Assembly (NCBI GenBank): GCA_963773045.1
Contig: CAVYZT010000013.1
Coordinates: forward strand, 207,137-271,136
Length of the DNA stretch: 64,000 nt
DNA from: an uncultured Acidobacteriota bacterium
GTDB taxonomy: Bacteria; Acidobacteriota; Vicinamibacteria; Vicinamibacterales; UBA2999
Reading direction: 5' to 3'
Part shown: piece by piece, positions 35,904 to 45,915 of the stretch
Position numbering within the stretch: position 1 is the first letter of the stretch
Layout: every line of letters starts with the position of its first letter
Notes under the pieces: generated by a model
The model's database searches: none
Seen by the model: only the letters and a program-made list of their open reading frames with translations
What the model was told of the DNA's origin: nothing
Translations under genes and position numbers: made by a program

Positions 35904-36374
35904 CTACCTCTCCATGGCGTCTTTGATGAACGACAGGCGGGGCGTCACCGGATTGATGAAGAGCAACGTCGCGCCGGTCTCGTCCAGCAGCTGGGCCGTG
36001 GGCAGCATCCGGCCACTCAGAGGATTTGGACTGAGGCACGGCACGATACCGACGCGTCCAGCGGCGCGGGTCGGGTCTGGCGTGTATTCCAGCGTCGCCG
36101 CTTCACCGACACGCAGGCGCACGTCCTGCTTGGCGAGGATCTCGCCCGCGGCATCGTGAATCATGAACTGGCCCGCGCACGCGCGTGGCGCGATGCCCGC
36201 GGCCCCGTGCTCCGAGCACACCGCGTGCAGTTGAATCGTTTCTCCCGGCCGGACGCTGATCATCCCGAACGCCGGCGGGTCTGGCTGCGGATCGAAGGCC
36301 AGGGCCGGGTACCACCACAGCCCCGCCAATCCGATTGCCGTCGCGGCCGCAATTGCCAAGGATCGCTTCGTCAT
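35904..36374 (-). CDS. Secreted hypothetical protein
   Basis: ATG 36374 preceded by GGAGGA. Signal peptide MTKRSLAIAAATAIGLAGL. No motif recognised. Confidence 0.5.
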   Translation of the reverse strand: MTKRSLAIAAATAIGLAGLWWYPALAFDPQPDPPAFGMISVRPGETIQLHAVCSEHGAAGIAPRACAGQFMIHDAAGEILAKQDVRLRVGEAATLEYTPDPTRAAGRVGIVPCLSPNPLSGRMLPTAQLLDETGATLLFINPVTPRLSFIKDAMER

Positions 36375-36423
36375 GTGTCCTCCACCATGACTAGCGGCCT
36401 TCGCGGCCGGAATTCTCAACCAT

Positions 36424-36504
36424 GAGAGGGATTACCACGAAGATAGGAACAACCACGAAAATGACCTTTCTCGTGGTGATCTTTCTTCGTGGTTTATCCC
36501 TCTC
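36424..36504. repeat. AT-rich nested palindrome: four ACCACGARRA words (two forward, two reverse)
   Basis: Outer stem gagagggattaccacgaaga / tcttcgtggtttatccctctc. Inner stem accacgaaaa / tttctcgtggt. Confidence 0.85.
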
Positions 36505-36508
36505 GTGG

Positions 36509-39190
36509 TCAGCGAGCGCGCGGATCGGGACTCACGACGAGCGGTTGCGTCAGGCTCTGACCGTCGACCGTCAGCTTGACGGTGAATGTCCCCGTTCTCA
36601 TCGGCTGCGGCTGCCGGAAGCCGCCGCCTCCACCAGGTGGAGGAGTCTCACGCAGATCCCAGATCCACCGATGCATACCCGCGGCAGTTGACAAGGCCGG
36701 CGGCACGCGACGCCACAGCACCGACACGGTTTGTGGCGGCATCGGCGGAGGCGGTGTCGTCTCGCTCGAGAAGCTCCGGATGACCTTGCCCGACGCGTCG
36801 CTGATCTCGATCGTCAGCGGGCCGCTCGTGGCGCTTCTCAAGTAGTAGTCGATTGCCCCTCCGACCGGGGCGTTCTCGGCCTGCGGCTCGTCCTTCTGCC
36901 ACGGCGTGCCGTTGTCATCGCCTTGCACGATCGCCACCGCCTCGCTCGGCCTGAACAACACGGCTCGAGTCTGGGCCGTCGCCGGTGTGATCTGGCGCAG
37001 AGCCGCGATGTCATCCAGGACCCAGAACCCCCGGCCGTGTGTGGCGAGGACGATGTCGTTGTCGTGGATCTCGAGATCCCGCATCGACGTCACCGGCAGG
37101 TTCAACTGCAGCGACTGCCAGGTGTCGCCGTCATCGAACGACACGAACAGCTGCCGTTCGGTGCCGGCAAACAACAACCCGCGGCGCTTCGGGTCCTCCT
37201 TGATGGTGTGGACGTAGCCGTCGGCGGGAAGGCCGCGCGTGATCTCTTGCCACGACTTGCCGAGATCGCGCGTCCGATAGATGTGCGGGCGGAAGTCATC
37301 GAGTTGATGCCGATCGACCGTGGCGTAGGCGGTGTTGAAGTCGAAGTGCGACGCCTCCATCATCGTCACCCGGCTCCATGAGCCGACCTCTGACGGCGTC
37401 ACGCTCTGCCAAGCCACCCCGTCGTCCATCGACATCTGAATCAGGCCGTCGTCGGTCCCCACCCACAGGAGCGGCTTCAACACGGGCGATGGCGCCACGG
37501 TGTAGATGACGCCGCGACGCCCATTGCGGTCGGTCATTGCTGCCGTCGTCGGATCGAGCGTGGCGGGCACACCTGGCTCGGGTCGCGTGAGGTCTTCCGA
37601 GATGCGGTTCCACGTGACGCCCCCAGTAACGGTCTTGTACAGGTACTGATTCGCGTAATAGAGCGCGTGTGGATCGGCCTTCGAAAAGACGAGCGGCTGG
37701 GTCCAGTCTTCGCGGGCCCGCTCTGGTCCAGGTGGCGGTGCGATGTTGCTGGCTGGATCGTTCACCGACAACCGGCATTTTTCGACCGTTCCGCCGTAGA
37801 GCAGATCCGGGTCGAGCGGGTCGGCCGCGGTGTAACCACTCTCACCGCCGGCGCACGCGCCCTGCCAATCGCGGGTCGACAGCGTTGCGGTGAAGCTGCG
37901 CGAGCGCACCCAGACGGCGCCGCTGTCCTGTTGCGCGCCGGTCGCGACCCACGGAAAGCCGTGCGTGACGGAGACGTGATAGAGCTGTGCCGTCGGCTGG
38001 TTGTACCAGGAGCTCCACTCTGGCGTGTCGTCGGTGCCGTTCATCGTCACGACCGAACCCTGATCGCTGGCAACGATCATCACTTTGGGATCGGTCGGCG
38101 AGATCCACAGCTGGTGATAGTCGTCGCCGCCGGGCGAGCCACGCACGGCAAAGGTCGAAAACGTCTGGCCGGCGTCCTTTGATTTTTGAATCCCGACGTT
38201 CGGCACGAACACGATGTCGGGGTTGGTCGGATCGACCGCGACTTTTTCAAAGTACCAACCACGTCCCCAGACGCGGGTGTCGCCTGTCGTTCTCATCCAC
38301 GTGGCGCCCGCATCGTCCGATCGATAGAGCCCGCCCTCCTTCGCATCGATCACGGCGTAGATTCGTCGCGGATTGCTCGGCGCCACCGCCAGGCCGATGC
38401 GTCCGACGGCTTCTGTCGGGAGCCCTGACGTAAGCTGCGTCCAGGTTGATCCGCCATCGCTTGACTTGAAGATGCCGCCGCCGGGACTGTTCGAAGGCGG
38501 GTAGGTGAACCACGGCGTTCGCCGGGTGGCCCAGAGGCTGGCGTACACAACCCGGGAGTCGACCGGATCGATGGCGACGTCCACTGCTCCCGTGTTGTTG
38601 TCCTTGAACAACACCTTTTCCCAGGTCTTGCCCGCGTCGCGCGTGCGATACAGCCCGCGGTCGGCGTGTGGCGCGTACATGCGGCCAATCGCGGCCACGA
38701 AGACGACGTCGGCGTTCTTCGGATCGATGGCGACGCGCCCGATGTGATGCGTGTTGTCCAAGCCCACGTGCGTCCAGCTACGGCCGGCATCGGTGCTCTT
38801 GTAGACGCCGTTCCCGTATCCGTTGGAATCGCGCAGCGTCGATTCGCCCGACCCGACGAACACGACGTCGGGGTTGGTCGTCGCCACGGCCAACGCGCCG
38901 ATTGAGGCGACTGGCTGGTTGTCGAAGACCGGCATCCACGTCCGGCCGGCGTTGATCGTCTTCCACACGCCGCCATTCACGTGGCCGAAGTAGAACTCGA
39001 ACGGGCGCCCAGGCACGCCGCTCACCGCGTCCACTCGCCCGCCGCGGAAGGGGCCGATCATGCGCCAGCGGAGGCCGCTGTAGAGCGCGGGGTCGACTTC
39101 CGATTGTCTCGCGTTTACAGTTGTGCCTGGTGACGTGAAAACAAACGCGCTCGATAAGGCGATCAGCAGCAAGTGTCCGCGAGTGGTCAT
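36509..39190 (-). CDS. Secreted BNR/Asp-box repeat protein (sortilin/Vps10- or GH74-like double propeller)
   Basis: Eight or more SxDxGxTW-type boxes (STDAGRSW, TRDAGKTW, SSDGGSTW, SDDAGATW, SKDAGQTF, TRDLGKSW, FDDGDTW). Confidence 0.8.
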   Translation of the reverse strand: MTTRGHLLLIALSSAFVFTSPGTTVNARQSEVDPALYSGLRWRMIGPFRGGRVDAVSGVPGRPFEFYFGHVNGGVWKTINAGRTWMPVFDNQPVASIGALAVATTNPDVVFVGSGESTLRDSNGYGNGVYKSTDAGRSWTHVGLDNTHHIGRVAIDPKNADVVFVAAIGRMYAPHADRGLYRTRDAGKTWEKVLFKDNNTGAVDVAIDPVDSRVVYASLWATRRTPWFTYPPSNSPGGGIFKSSDGGSTWTQLTSGLPTEAVGRIGLAVAPSNPRRIYAVIDAKEGGLYRSDDAGATWMRTTGDTRVWGRGWYFEKVAVDPTNPDIVFVPNVGIQKSKDAGQTFSTFAVRGSPGGDDYHQLWISPTDPKVMIVASDQGSVVTMNGTDDTPEWSSWYNQPTAQLYHVSVTHGFPWVATGAQQDSGAVWVRSRSFTATLSTRDWQGACAGGESGYTAADPLDPDLLYGGTVEKCRLSVNDPASNIAPPPGPERAREDWTQPLVFSKADPHALYYANQYLYKTVTGGVTWNRISEDLTRPEPGVPATLDPTTAAMTDRNGRRGVIYTVAPSPVLKPLLWVGTDDGLIQMSMDDGVAWQSVTPSEVGSWSRVTMMEASHFDFNTAYATVDRHQLDDFRPHIYRTRDLGKSWQEITRGLPADGYVHTIKEDPKRRGLLFAGTERQLFVSFDDGDTWQSLQLNLPVTSMRDLEIHDNDIVLATHGRGFWVLDDIAALRQITPATAQTRAVLFRPSEAVAIVQGDDNGTPWQKDEPQAENAPVGGAIDYYLRSATSGPLTIEISDASGKVIRSFSSETTPPPPMPPQTVSVLWRRVPPALSTAAGMHRWIWDLRETPPPGGGGGFRQPQPMRTGTFTVKLTVDGQSLTQPLVVSPDPRAR

Positions 39191-39207
39191 GAGAGCTCCC
39201 TACGCGC

Positions 39208-39424
39208 CATTGTCGATCGACTGTATGACTGATCGACCGACTGTTGACGATTCCGTGATCGCCCGATTTCGCGATTCCATTTCGCGAAGCGTCGATTGTC
39301 AGTCGTTACGCTGCCGATCGGCCGGCCCATTAGACGTCGCTGAAATCGTCCGATGAATCGCCAATTATCAAGATCGTCTCTCACCAAACAGTCAGTCGAT
39401 CGGTCGTCCAATAGATCGACAATC
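39208..39424. repeat. CGATCG-rich TIR element, diverged copy
   Basis: cattgtcgatcgactgtatgactgatcgaccgactgtt ... cagtcagtcgatcggtcgtccaatagatcgacaat. Confidence 0.65.
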
Positions 39425-39437
39425 AAGAAGCCGCGAT

Positions 39438-41654
39438 TCAGAAGGCAAACATTTGCGTGTACTTGACGACGATGCCCCGGCCGGCGGTTTGTTCGGTATC
39501 CGCGAACTGTGACTCGTTATACACGATGAAGAAGTCGCTCAACGGTCGATGGATCAGATTGAAGCGCACGTTGGCCGAGAACTGATGGAGGTCGTTCCGA
39601 TACTGCAGCAACGAGTCGAGGAACATGTTCGTGCTGAACGAATAACCAGTCCTGAGTGTCGCGAGCGACGTGGTGAAGGCGGCGTCGGGCAGTGTGAGCG
39701 TGATATCGCTCACTTGAAGTCCCAGGTCGAACACCAGGCGGTAGTTCGGCCGGAACAGCACGCTCAACTGCATCGTCTTCTGCGAGCCGCTCCAGAAATC
39801 GCCGAACGTCGTGCGAATCGTGCCCGACAGCGCCTTGCTGTGATCGCTGTCGAACAGGGCCAGGTGCTGATTCCAGTCGTAGCGGCCAGCCGGGATCACG
39901 ACGCCGGGAGAAATCATGAACGGCTTGTCGATGGCCTCGACTCGAGGCTCGAACGCGTATTCGAAATACGAGCCGTTCTCCCAGGTGATCTGGTTCGCAA
40001 TGTGACCTTGCCGCGTCACCAGCGTCCCGTGCGGATCGTAGTAATTCCAGACCCGCGCGTGCGGCTGCAGTTGTCTGATGCCGTGGCGTCGCAGCGACTC
40101 GGGCTGCGGCATCCACGCGGCGTCGTAGAACTGCCGGGTCACGCCGGTGCGCCGGATGAAGCCCATGTCGTCGCGGAACCCCTCGCCGATGGTCATGATC
40201 GAGGCCTGCAATCGCGAGAGGCTGTCTTCCCAGCCGATCGACGCTTTCGCCGAGTTCTGATTCGTCGTGACGCCGGGCGTCTCCGAGCGTGCGGCAAAAC
40301 CGTTGAGGTTCAGGCTCTTGAAGAACCGGAAATTGGTGTCGGCGCCGACCACGCGATTGAGGTCGTCCTGCCCGCCTGATGCCTGTCGAGACAGCACGAT
40401 GGCGCCGATATCGGAGCTGCTGAACACATCTCGTCGCACCCGAAGGACGGTGAAGTTGTTCCCGTAGCCGCCATCGACACCGTCGCTCTGCATCGTCATC
40501 AGCCCGAGGCCGAACTTGCCGGCGCGGCCGGTGAAACGAACACCGCCGTGCAGCGGATCCTGCGCGCCCGCGTCGGTGAGGCCGATGCGCCGGCTGAAGA
40601 ACAGCAGCAGATCTTCCTCGGGCGGGCGGAAGCGGCTCACATTGCGCTGGTTCCGAGGAATGTCGCCAAAGTAGAAGATGCCTGAGTTCTCGAGAAAGAA
40701 CTCGCGCTTCTCCGGAAAGAACAAACTGAATTGGGTGAGATTGACTTGCTGTTCGTCGGCTTCGGCCTGGGCGAAGTCGGGTCGGATGGTGACGTCGAGG
40801 GTGAGTGACGGCGTCACGCCGGCTTTGATGTCCACGCCCACGTTCGTATCGGCGTCGAACGAGTCTTCGCCGACGCCGCGGACCGCGCCGCCCAGTACGA
40901 AGGGCTTGACCCGGAGATTCCGCCCCTGCTTGAGCGGCGGCAGGCCGGTGAGGTCTCCGTCAGAAGACGCGCGATAGATGGAGTACGCGCGCGAGACCGG
41001 CGACCAGTAGCTCACTTCGTTCTTGCGGCGCACGCGTCTGGCGAAGTTGATCCCCCACGTGCGCGCGTCGCCGCCGGTAAAGCGCAGCGTCTTGAACGGA
41101 ATGCGGAGCTCGGCGGTCCATCCGTCGGCCGACTGCCTGGCTGCGACCCACCACACCGCATCCCAGTTCGGGTTCACATCGCGGCCTTCGTTCGCCACTT
41201 GCGTGTCGGCCTTGGCGCCTTTTGAGTTGGTCGCGAACACGAAGCCATTGCGCCGATCGGCAAACGTGTCGAGGAGCACCTCGAAGGTGTCCTGATCGCG
41301 CCCGGGAAAATCCTTGCGGATTTCGTTGACGACGATGCCGTCGGGAGAGGCGTCGTGACAGAACGCCCCGACGTAGAGGTAGTCGGCGTCGAAGGCGACA
41401 CGAACTTCGGTGACGTCGGTGGCCGCCTCTCCCTCGCGAGGGTCGGCCTGAATGAATCCGCTGGCCACAGCGGCCTGCCTCCAGACGTCCTCGTCCAGCG
41501 CGCCATCGATGATGATGGGACCCTTCGTCTCGATGGCGGTCAGTTGACGCCGGCCATCTGGCGACGGTACCAGGAGGTTTTGGGCGAAAAGGGGAGCGGC
41601 GACCGGGAGAAATGAACAGAGTAGAAGAACGGAAGCCGGGCGCCGGGAAAACAT
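39438..41654 (-). CDS. CBM9-like plus DUF5916-type outer-membrane protein
   Basis: IIIDGALDEDVW..ASGFIQADPREGE..YLYVGAFC..WTAELRIPFKTLRF. Long beta-rich C-terminus ending ..YTQMFAF. Confidence 0.75.
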   Translation of the reverse strand: MFSRRPASVLLLCSFLPVAAPLFAQNLLVPSPDGRRQLTAIETKGPIIIDGALDEDVWRQAAVASGFIQADPREGEAATDVTEVRVAFDADYLYVGAFCHDASPDGIVVNEIRKDFPGRDQDTFEVLLDTFADRRNGFVFATNSKGAKADTQVANEGRDVNPNWDAVWWVAARQSADGWTAELRIPFKTLRFTGGDARTWGINFARRVRRKNEVSYWSPVSRAYSIYRASSDGDLTGLPPLKQGRNLRVKPFVLGGAVRGVGEDSFDADTNVGVDIKAGVTPSLTLDVTIRPDFAQAEADEQQVNLTQFSLFFPEKREFFLENSGIFYFGDIPRNQRNVSRFRPPEEDLLLFFSRRIGLTDAGAQDPLHGGVRFTGRAGKFGLGLMTMQSDGVDGGYGNNFTVLRVRRDVFSSSDIGAIVLSRQASGGQDDLNRVVGADTNFRFFKSLNLNGFAARSETPGVTTNQNSAKASIGWEDSLSRLQASIMTIGEGFRDDMGFIRRTGVTRQFYDAAWMPQPESLRRHGIRQLQPHARVWNYYDPHGTLVTRQGHIANQITWENGSYFEYAFEPRVEAIDKPFMISPGVVIPAGRYDWNQHLALFDSDHSKALSGTIRTTFGDFWSGSQKTMQLSVLFRPNYRLVFDLGLQVSDITLTLPDAAFTTSLATLRTGYSFSTNMFLDSLLQYRNDLHQFSANVRFNLIHRPLSDFFIVYNESQFADTEQTAGRGIVVKYTQMFAF

Positions 41655-41672
41655 CCGCCGGCTAGTTTATCG

Positions 41673-42653
41673 TTACATTCCCGTTACGCCTCGGGCTCGT
41701 CGCAACCTGGTCAGCAGTTCCTTGAAGTCCGCCGGAAGAGGCGCTTCCACGGAGATTTGCTCGCCGGTGACGGGATGCGGAAATGCCAGCGTCCAGGCGT
41801 GCAGCATTGGTCGCGGCACTGGTGCTGACGACAAACCCTCAGGTCGTGGCCCTTCAGGTCGTGGCGACAAACCTTCTGCCGTCGCGCGTTGTCGCGACAA
41901 ACCCTTAGGTTTGTCGAAGGTGTACACCGTTTCGCCTAATAGCGGATGCCCCAACTTCTCCAGGTGCAGCCGAATCTGATGCTGCCGGCCCGTGTGCAGC
42001 CGCAACTCGAGGAGGGCCGAGCGCGCGAATCGTTCTCGCACGAAGTAGTCGGTCGTGGCGTCAAGCCCCTCCTGCTGCTGGCCGACCAGCCGTCTCCGGC
42101 CGGCTTTGTATTCCGACGAAATCCGCGACGTGATGGTGCCGTGCTCGGCCTTGGGGATCCCTTGCACCAGCGCGAGGTAGTGGCGCTCGAAGCGGTGGTG
42201 TTTGAAGAGCACGCGTCCCGCGGCATGCGCGTCCTTGGATAGCGCGATGGCGAGCGCCCCGGACGTGTCGCGGTCGAGTCGATGGAGCATGCCGACGTAG
42301 GAGCGGCGCCCGTGCCGATGCGCGACGTACTGGCGCGCGCGGCGCAGGATCGTGTCTTCGCTGTCGCCGTGCTCGGGAGCGGTTGGGATCGAGAGCACGC
42401 CGGCAGGCTTGTTGATGACCAGGATCAGATCGTCTTCGTGCAGGATGTCGAACGGCGCGCGCGTTCGCTTTTGCGCCGGACGATTGCGATCGAGGGTCAC
42501 AGCGGCGGGTGAGGCCACAACATGACCGGGGTCACGCTGCACGCGCCCGTCGATCGTGACCTGGCCTTGCTCGATCGCCTCGCGGATCTGTCGCCAGGAG
42601 AGCTCCGGGTGCGCCTCCCGGAGGCGACGGTCGAGACGGATGGGTTCGTTCAC
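41673..42653 (-). CDS. RluA-family (RluD-like) pseudouridine synthase with S4 domain
   Basis: HRLDRDTSGALAIA catalytic motif. HQIRLH. HPLLGE. Contains an internal hairpin/tandem DNA repeat at about 41825-41915. Confidence 0.85.
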   Translation of the reverse strand: MNEPIRLDRRLREAHPELSWRQIREAIEQGQVTIDGRVQRDPGHVVASPAAVTLDRNRPAQKRTRAPFDILHEDDLILVINKPAGVLSIPTAPEHGDSEDTILRRARQYVAHRHGRRSYVGMLHRLDRDTSGALAIALSKDAHAAGRVLFKHHRFERHYLALVQGIPKAEHGTITSRISSEYKAGRRRLVGQQQEGLDATTDYFVRERFARSALLELRLHTGRQHQIRLHLEKLGHPLLGETVYTFDKPKGLSRQRATAEGLSPRPEGPRPEGLSSAPVPRPMLHAWTLAFPHPVTGEQISVEAPLPADFKELLTRLRRARGVTGM

Positions 42654-42719
42654 AGAGAGTTCGGGGAGTTCCGGGAGAATATTTTCTCCCTGATCTCCCT
42701 GATCTCCCTGTGAATCCGG

Positions 42720-44207
42720 TTACCCGCGGAGCGGAACGAAGAACGTCCTGCCCTCGCGAGCGATCAGGAGGACCGCCGGACGATCGGTCGACGCGTCGAG
42801 CGCCGACTTCACCTCGGCCGGTGTTTTCACCTGGCGGCCGTTCACCTGCTGAATCACGTCGCCTTCTCGCAGGCCCGCAGAGGCCCCGCGACCCGACGGG
42901 TCGACGTCGGCGATGACGACGCCGCTGGCGTTTTTCGGCAGTTCCAGCTGTTCGGCGATCTCGGGGGTCAGCGGCTGAAGCGAGAGGCCGAACTTTCCGG
43001 CTCCACGTCGCGCGTCGCCCCGAACATCTTCCTTCTCAGCCGTCGCGAGTTCGCCCAGCGTGGCGTGCATCTCGCTCTTCTTGCCGTTACGCAGCACTTC
43101 GAGCGTGACCGAGGTGCCCGGCTTGGTCGCTGCGATCTCGTTGCGCAGCGTGTTGGTGTCGGCGACCGGCCGACTCTGATAGCTCAGGATCACGTCGCCG
43201 CGCTCGAGGCCCGCCTTGTCGGCGGCACTGCCATCAGTGACGTCGCTGACCAGCGCTCCCGACGTGCGGTCGAGGCCGAGCCCAGCGGCGAGGTCGCTCG
43301 TCATCCCCTGGACCGTCACACCCAGTTGCCCGCGGTGCACGCGCCCACCGGCGACGAGTTGATCCATCACGTTCTTCGCCATGTTCGACGGCACGGCGAA
43401 GCCGATGCCGATGTTGCCGCCGGACGGCGAGAGAATCTGCGAGTTGATCCCGACCAGCTCGCCCTGCATGTTCACGAGCGCGCCGCCCGAGTTGCCCTGA
43501 TTGATCGCCGCGTCGGTCTGCAGGAAGTCTTCGAAGCTGCCATCGCCGAAGCCGGTCGCGCGGCTCTTCGCGCTGACGATACCCATCGTCACCGTTTGTC
43601 CGATGCCCAGCGGGTTGCCGATCGCCAGGACGACATCGCCCACGCGCATCACGCTCGAATCGCCCAGGGCCACCGTCGCCAGATCCTTTGTGTCAACCTT
43701 CACGACCGCGAGGTCGCTCGGTGCGTCGGCGCCGATCAGTTTGCCGTCGACCGTCCGCTTGTCGGCCAGCTCGACTTGAATGCGCTCCGCCCCCTCGACC
43801 ACGTGATTGTTGGTCAGGATGTAGCCATCGTGCGTGACGATGACGCCGGAGCCGAGCCCGCGCTGCATCGGCGCTGGCAGGTTACGGCCACCGCGTGGCT
43901 GGCGCTGGCCGAAGAGATCGCCAAACGGTAAGCCGTCAGGCATCTGGGTGAACTGTGGCGATGCCTTGCGCTCCGTGCGAATGGTCACCACGGCAGGCGT
44001 CACTTTCGCGACGAGGTCGGCGTATCCCGCGTCTCCGGGACGGGCACTCATCGCCGGGGTCGCCGGGGTGCTCGAGACGGCAGTCGCCACTGCCGGCGCT
44101 GACATCACCGAGTTGGCCATGGGCAGCGTTGCGCCGCTCATCACCGCGACCGAGACGGCTCCCGCCAGTACCGCCGCGGCGCCAAATTTCCAAATCGAAC
44201 GGGTCAT
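42720..44207 (-). CDS. DegP/HtrA-family periplasmic serine protease with two PDZ domains
   Basis: ATG 44207 preceded by GGAGGAG. NNHVV, D, and GNSGGALVN catalytic triad context. Two PDZ-like segments. Confidence 0.9.
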   Translation of the reverse strand: MTRSIWKFGAAAVLAGAVSVAVMSGATLPMANSVMSAPAVATAVSSTPATPAMSARPGDAGYADLVAKVTPAVVTIRTERKASPQFTQMPDGLPFGDLFGQRQPRGGRNLPAPMQRGLGSGVIVTHDGYILTNNHVVEGAERIQVELADKRTVDGKLIGADAPSDLAVVKVDTKDLATVALGDSSVMRVGDVVLAIGNPLGIGQTVTMGIVSAKSRATGFGDGSFEDFLQTDAAINQGNSGGALVNMQGELVGINSQILSPSGGNIGIGFAVPSNMAKNVMDQLVAGGRVHRGQLGVTVQGMTSDLAAGLGLDRTSGALVSDVTDGSAADKAGLERGDVILSYQSRPVADTNTLRNEIAATKPGTSVTLEVLRNGKKSEMHATLGELATAEKEDVRGDARRGAGKFGLSLQPLTPEIAEQLELPKNASGVVIADVDPSGRGASAGLREGDVIQQVNGRQVKTPAEVKSALDASTDRPAVLLIAREGRTFFVPLRG

Positions 44208-44380
44208 GTTCGTAACTCCTCCTGTTTCCGGCAGCCGGGATCCGGCAGCCGGCCCAGTAGCCGGCACCCAGCTCTTGTTGCCGGATCCCGGTTCCCGGTT
44301 CTCTCTCTATTTCTTGAGACGTCGGAGGCGCCTTCAGCAGTCTTAACGGAGGATTACAACTGTGTAAGGAGTCGAACCGG

Positions 44381-44519
44381 CATCCGGCATCCGGCATCCG
44401 GCATCCGACATCCGACATCCGGCATCCGGCATCCGGCATCCGGCATCCGGCAGACAGCAGTCAGCGGACTGCGGACTGTGGACTGAGGACTGAGGACCGT
44501 GGACCGTGGACTTTGGACC
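44381..44519. repeat. Two adjacent heptad arrays: (CATCCGR)x10 and (GGACYGN)x7-8
   Basis: Read directly. The second array abuts the kinase stop codon at 44521. Confidence 0.95.
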
Positions 44520-44520
44520 T

Positions 44521-45915
44521 TCAAGCGCCGAGCGGGAGGCGCAGCGTGAACGTGCTGCCTTTGCCGGGAGTGCTTTCGACTGAGACGGTTCCGCCCTGCG
44601 CCTCGACCGAGGCGCGGACGAGGCTGAGGCCGAGCCCCAGGCCTCGCGTCGCTCGACTGTGATCGCCGCGGAAGAGTCGATCCCAGATCCGCGGCAGGTC
44701 CCGCTCGGCAATGCCGACGCCGGTGTCGCGCACGCGAATCACGACGTCGCCTCTATCCTGCATGGCCTCGATTTCGATCCGGCCGCCGCGCGGTGTGTAC
44801 TTCACGGCATTGTCGACCAGATTACCGACGGCCTGCCGGAGCCGATCGCGGTCGGCGCGCACCAAGATCGCTTCCCGTATCTTGGGTACGATCGTCACGC
44901 CGTTCTCATCGGCGGCATCCTCGTACAGCTCAACGGCCTCCGACACGATGGCTGAGACATCCACGTTGGTCATCGCCAGGCGCATGGTGCCGGTCTCGGC
45001 CTCGGAAATATCCATCAGCGTCGTCAGCATCGAGAGCACGCGGTCGGATTCTTCGAGGCAATCCGAGAGCGCCTCGCGATGGCGCGACGGATCGTCCACT
45101 GACAGCGCCGACTCTGCGGTGACTCGAAGTCTGGTCATGGGCGTCCGCAGATCGTGAGCGACGTGATCGAGCGCATTCCGCATCCCGTGAATCAGCGTAT
45201 TGATGCGCGCCAGCATCGCGTTGAACAGCAGGCCCAACTCCCCGACGGCATCGCCGGTGCCTGCCACCGGCACGCGGTCGTCGGTCTGGCCGGTCTGCAG
45301 GATGCGCTGCACGGTGTCGCGCAGGTCGCGCAACGGTTTCAGCGTCGATCGCGTGAGCAGCAGGCCGCCGACGAGCCCGACGGCCAGCGCCGCCGTCGCC
45401 GCAAGCAAGAGCACGCGACGAAATCCGGCCAGCAGTTGCGTGCGGTTTTCCGTCGTTTTGCCGACCTGAAGCACCATTCCTGTGCCGAGCCCCAGTGTGG
45501 CCACTTCGAGCGCGGCGTTACGACCGGGCGCCGGCACGCGACGCCACACATCGTTGGTCCCGCTCTCCTCGAGCGACGACAGATCGAACGCGCCCCATGC
45601 CTCGGGAAGCGAGTAGAGGAGCACGTCTTGAAACGGACCGACGAGGCGGACGAAGAGCGGCTCGCGAAGCCCCGATTGCCGCTCGGCCTCGACGGCATCG
45701 GCGAGCGCCTGGAATCCACCGCTTTGATAGCGCGCCGCGTACTCGCGCAGCGTGGACTGGATGAGGTCGCGGTCTCTCGCTTCCAGCGATTGCGCGAGCA
45801 AGGTGTAAGTGAGGACGCCGATCAGGACCGTGCTGACGAGGAAAGTGCCCAGGTACCAGGCCGCCAGCCGCAGACCGATTGTCTGCCGGAAGCGATCAGT
45901 CCGCCTTGAGGACAT
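44521..45915 (-). CDS. Sensor histidine kinase (CpxA/BaeS-like, periplasmic domain-HAMP-HisKA-HATPase_c)
   Basis: H-box [27 protein letters not shown]. Confidence 0.9.
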   Translation of the reverse strand: MSSRRTDRFRQTIGLRLAAWYLGTFLVSTVLIGVLTYTLLAQSLEARDRDLIQSTLREYAARYQSGGFQALADAVEAERQSGLREPLFVRLVGPFQDVLLYSLPEAWGAFDLSSLEESGTNDVWRRVPAPGRNAALEVATLGLGTGMVLQVGKTTENRTQLLAGFRRVLLLAATAALAVGLVGGLLLTRSTLKPLRDLRDTVQRILQTGQTDDRVPVAGTGDAVGELGLLFNAMLARINTLIHGMRNALDHVAHDLRTPMTRLRVTAESALSVDDPSRHREALSDCLEESDRVLSMLTTLMDISEAETGTMRLAMTNVDVSAIVSEAVELYEDAADENGVTIVPKIREAILVRADRDRLRQAVGNLVDNAVKYTPRGGRIEIEAMQDRGDVVIRVRDTGVGIAERDLPRIWDRLFRGDHSRATRGLGLGLSLVRASVEAQGGTVSVESTPGKGSTFTLRLPLGA

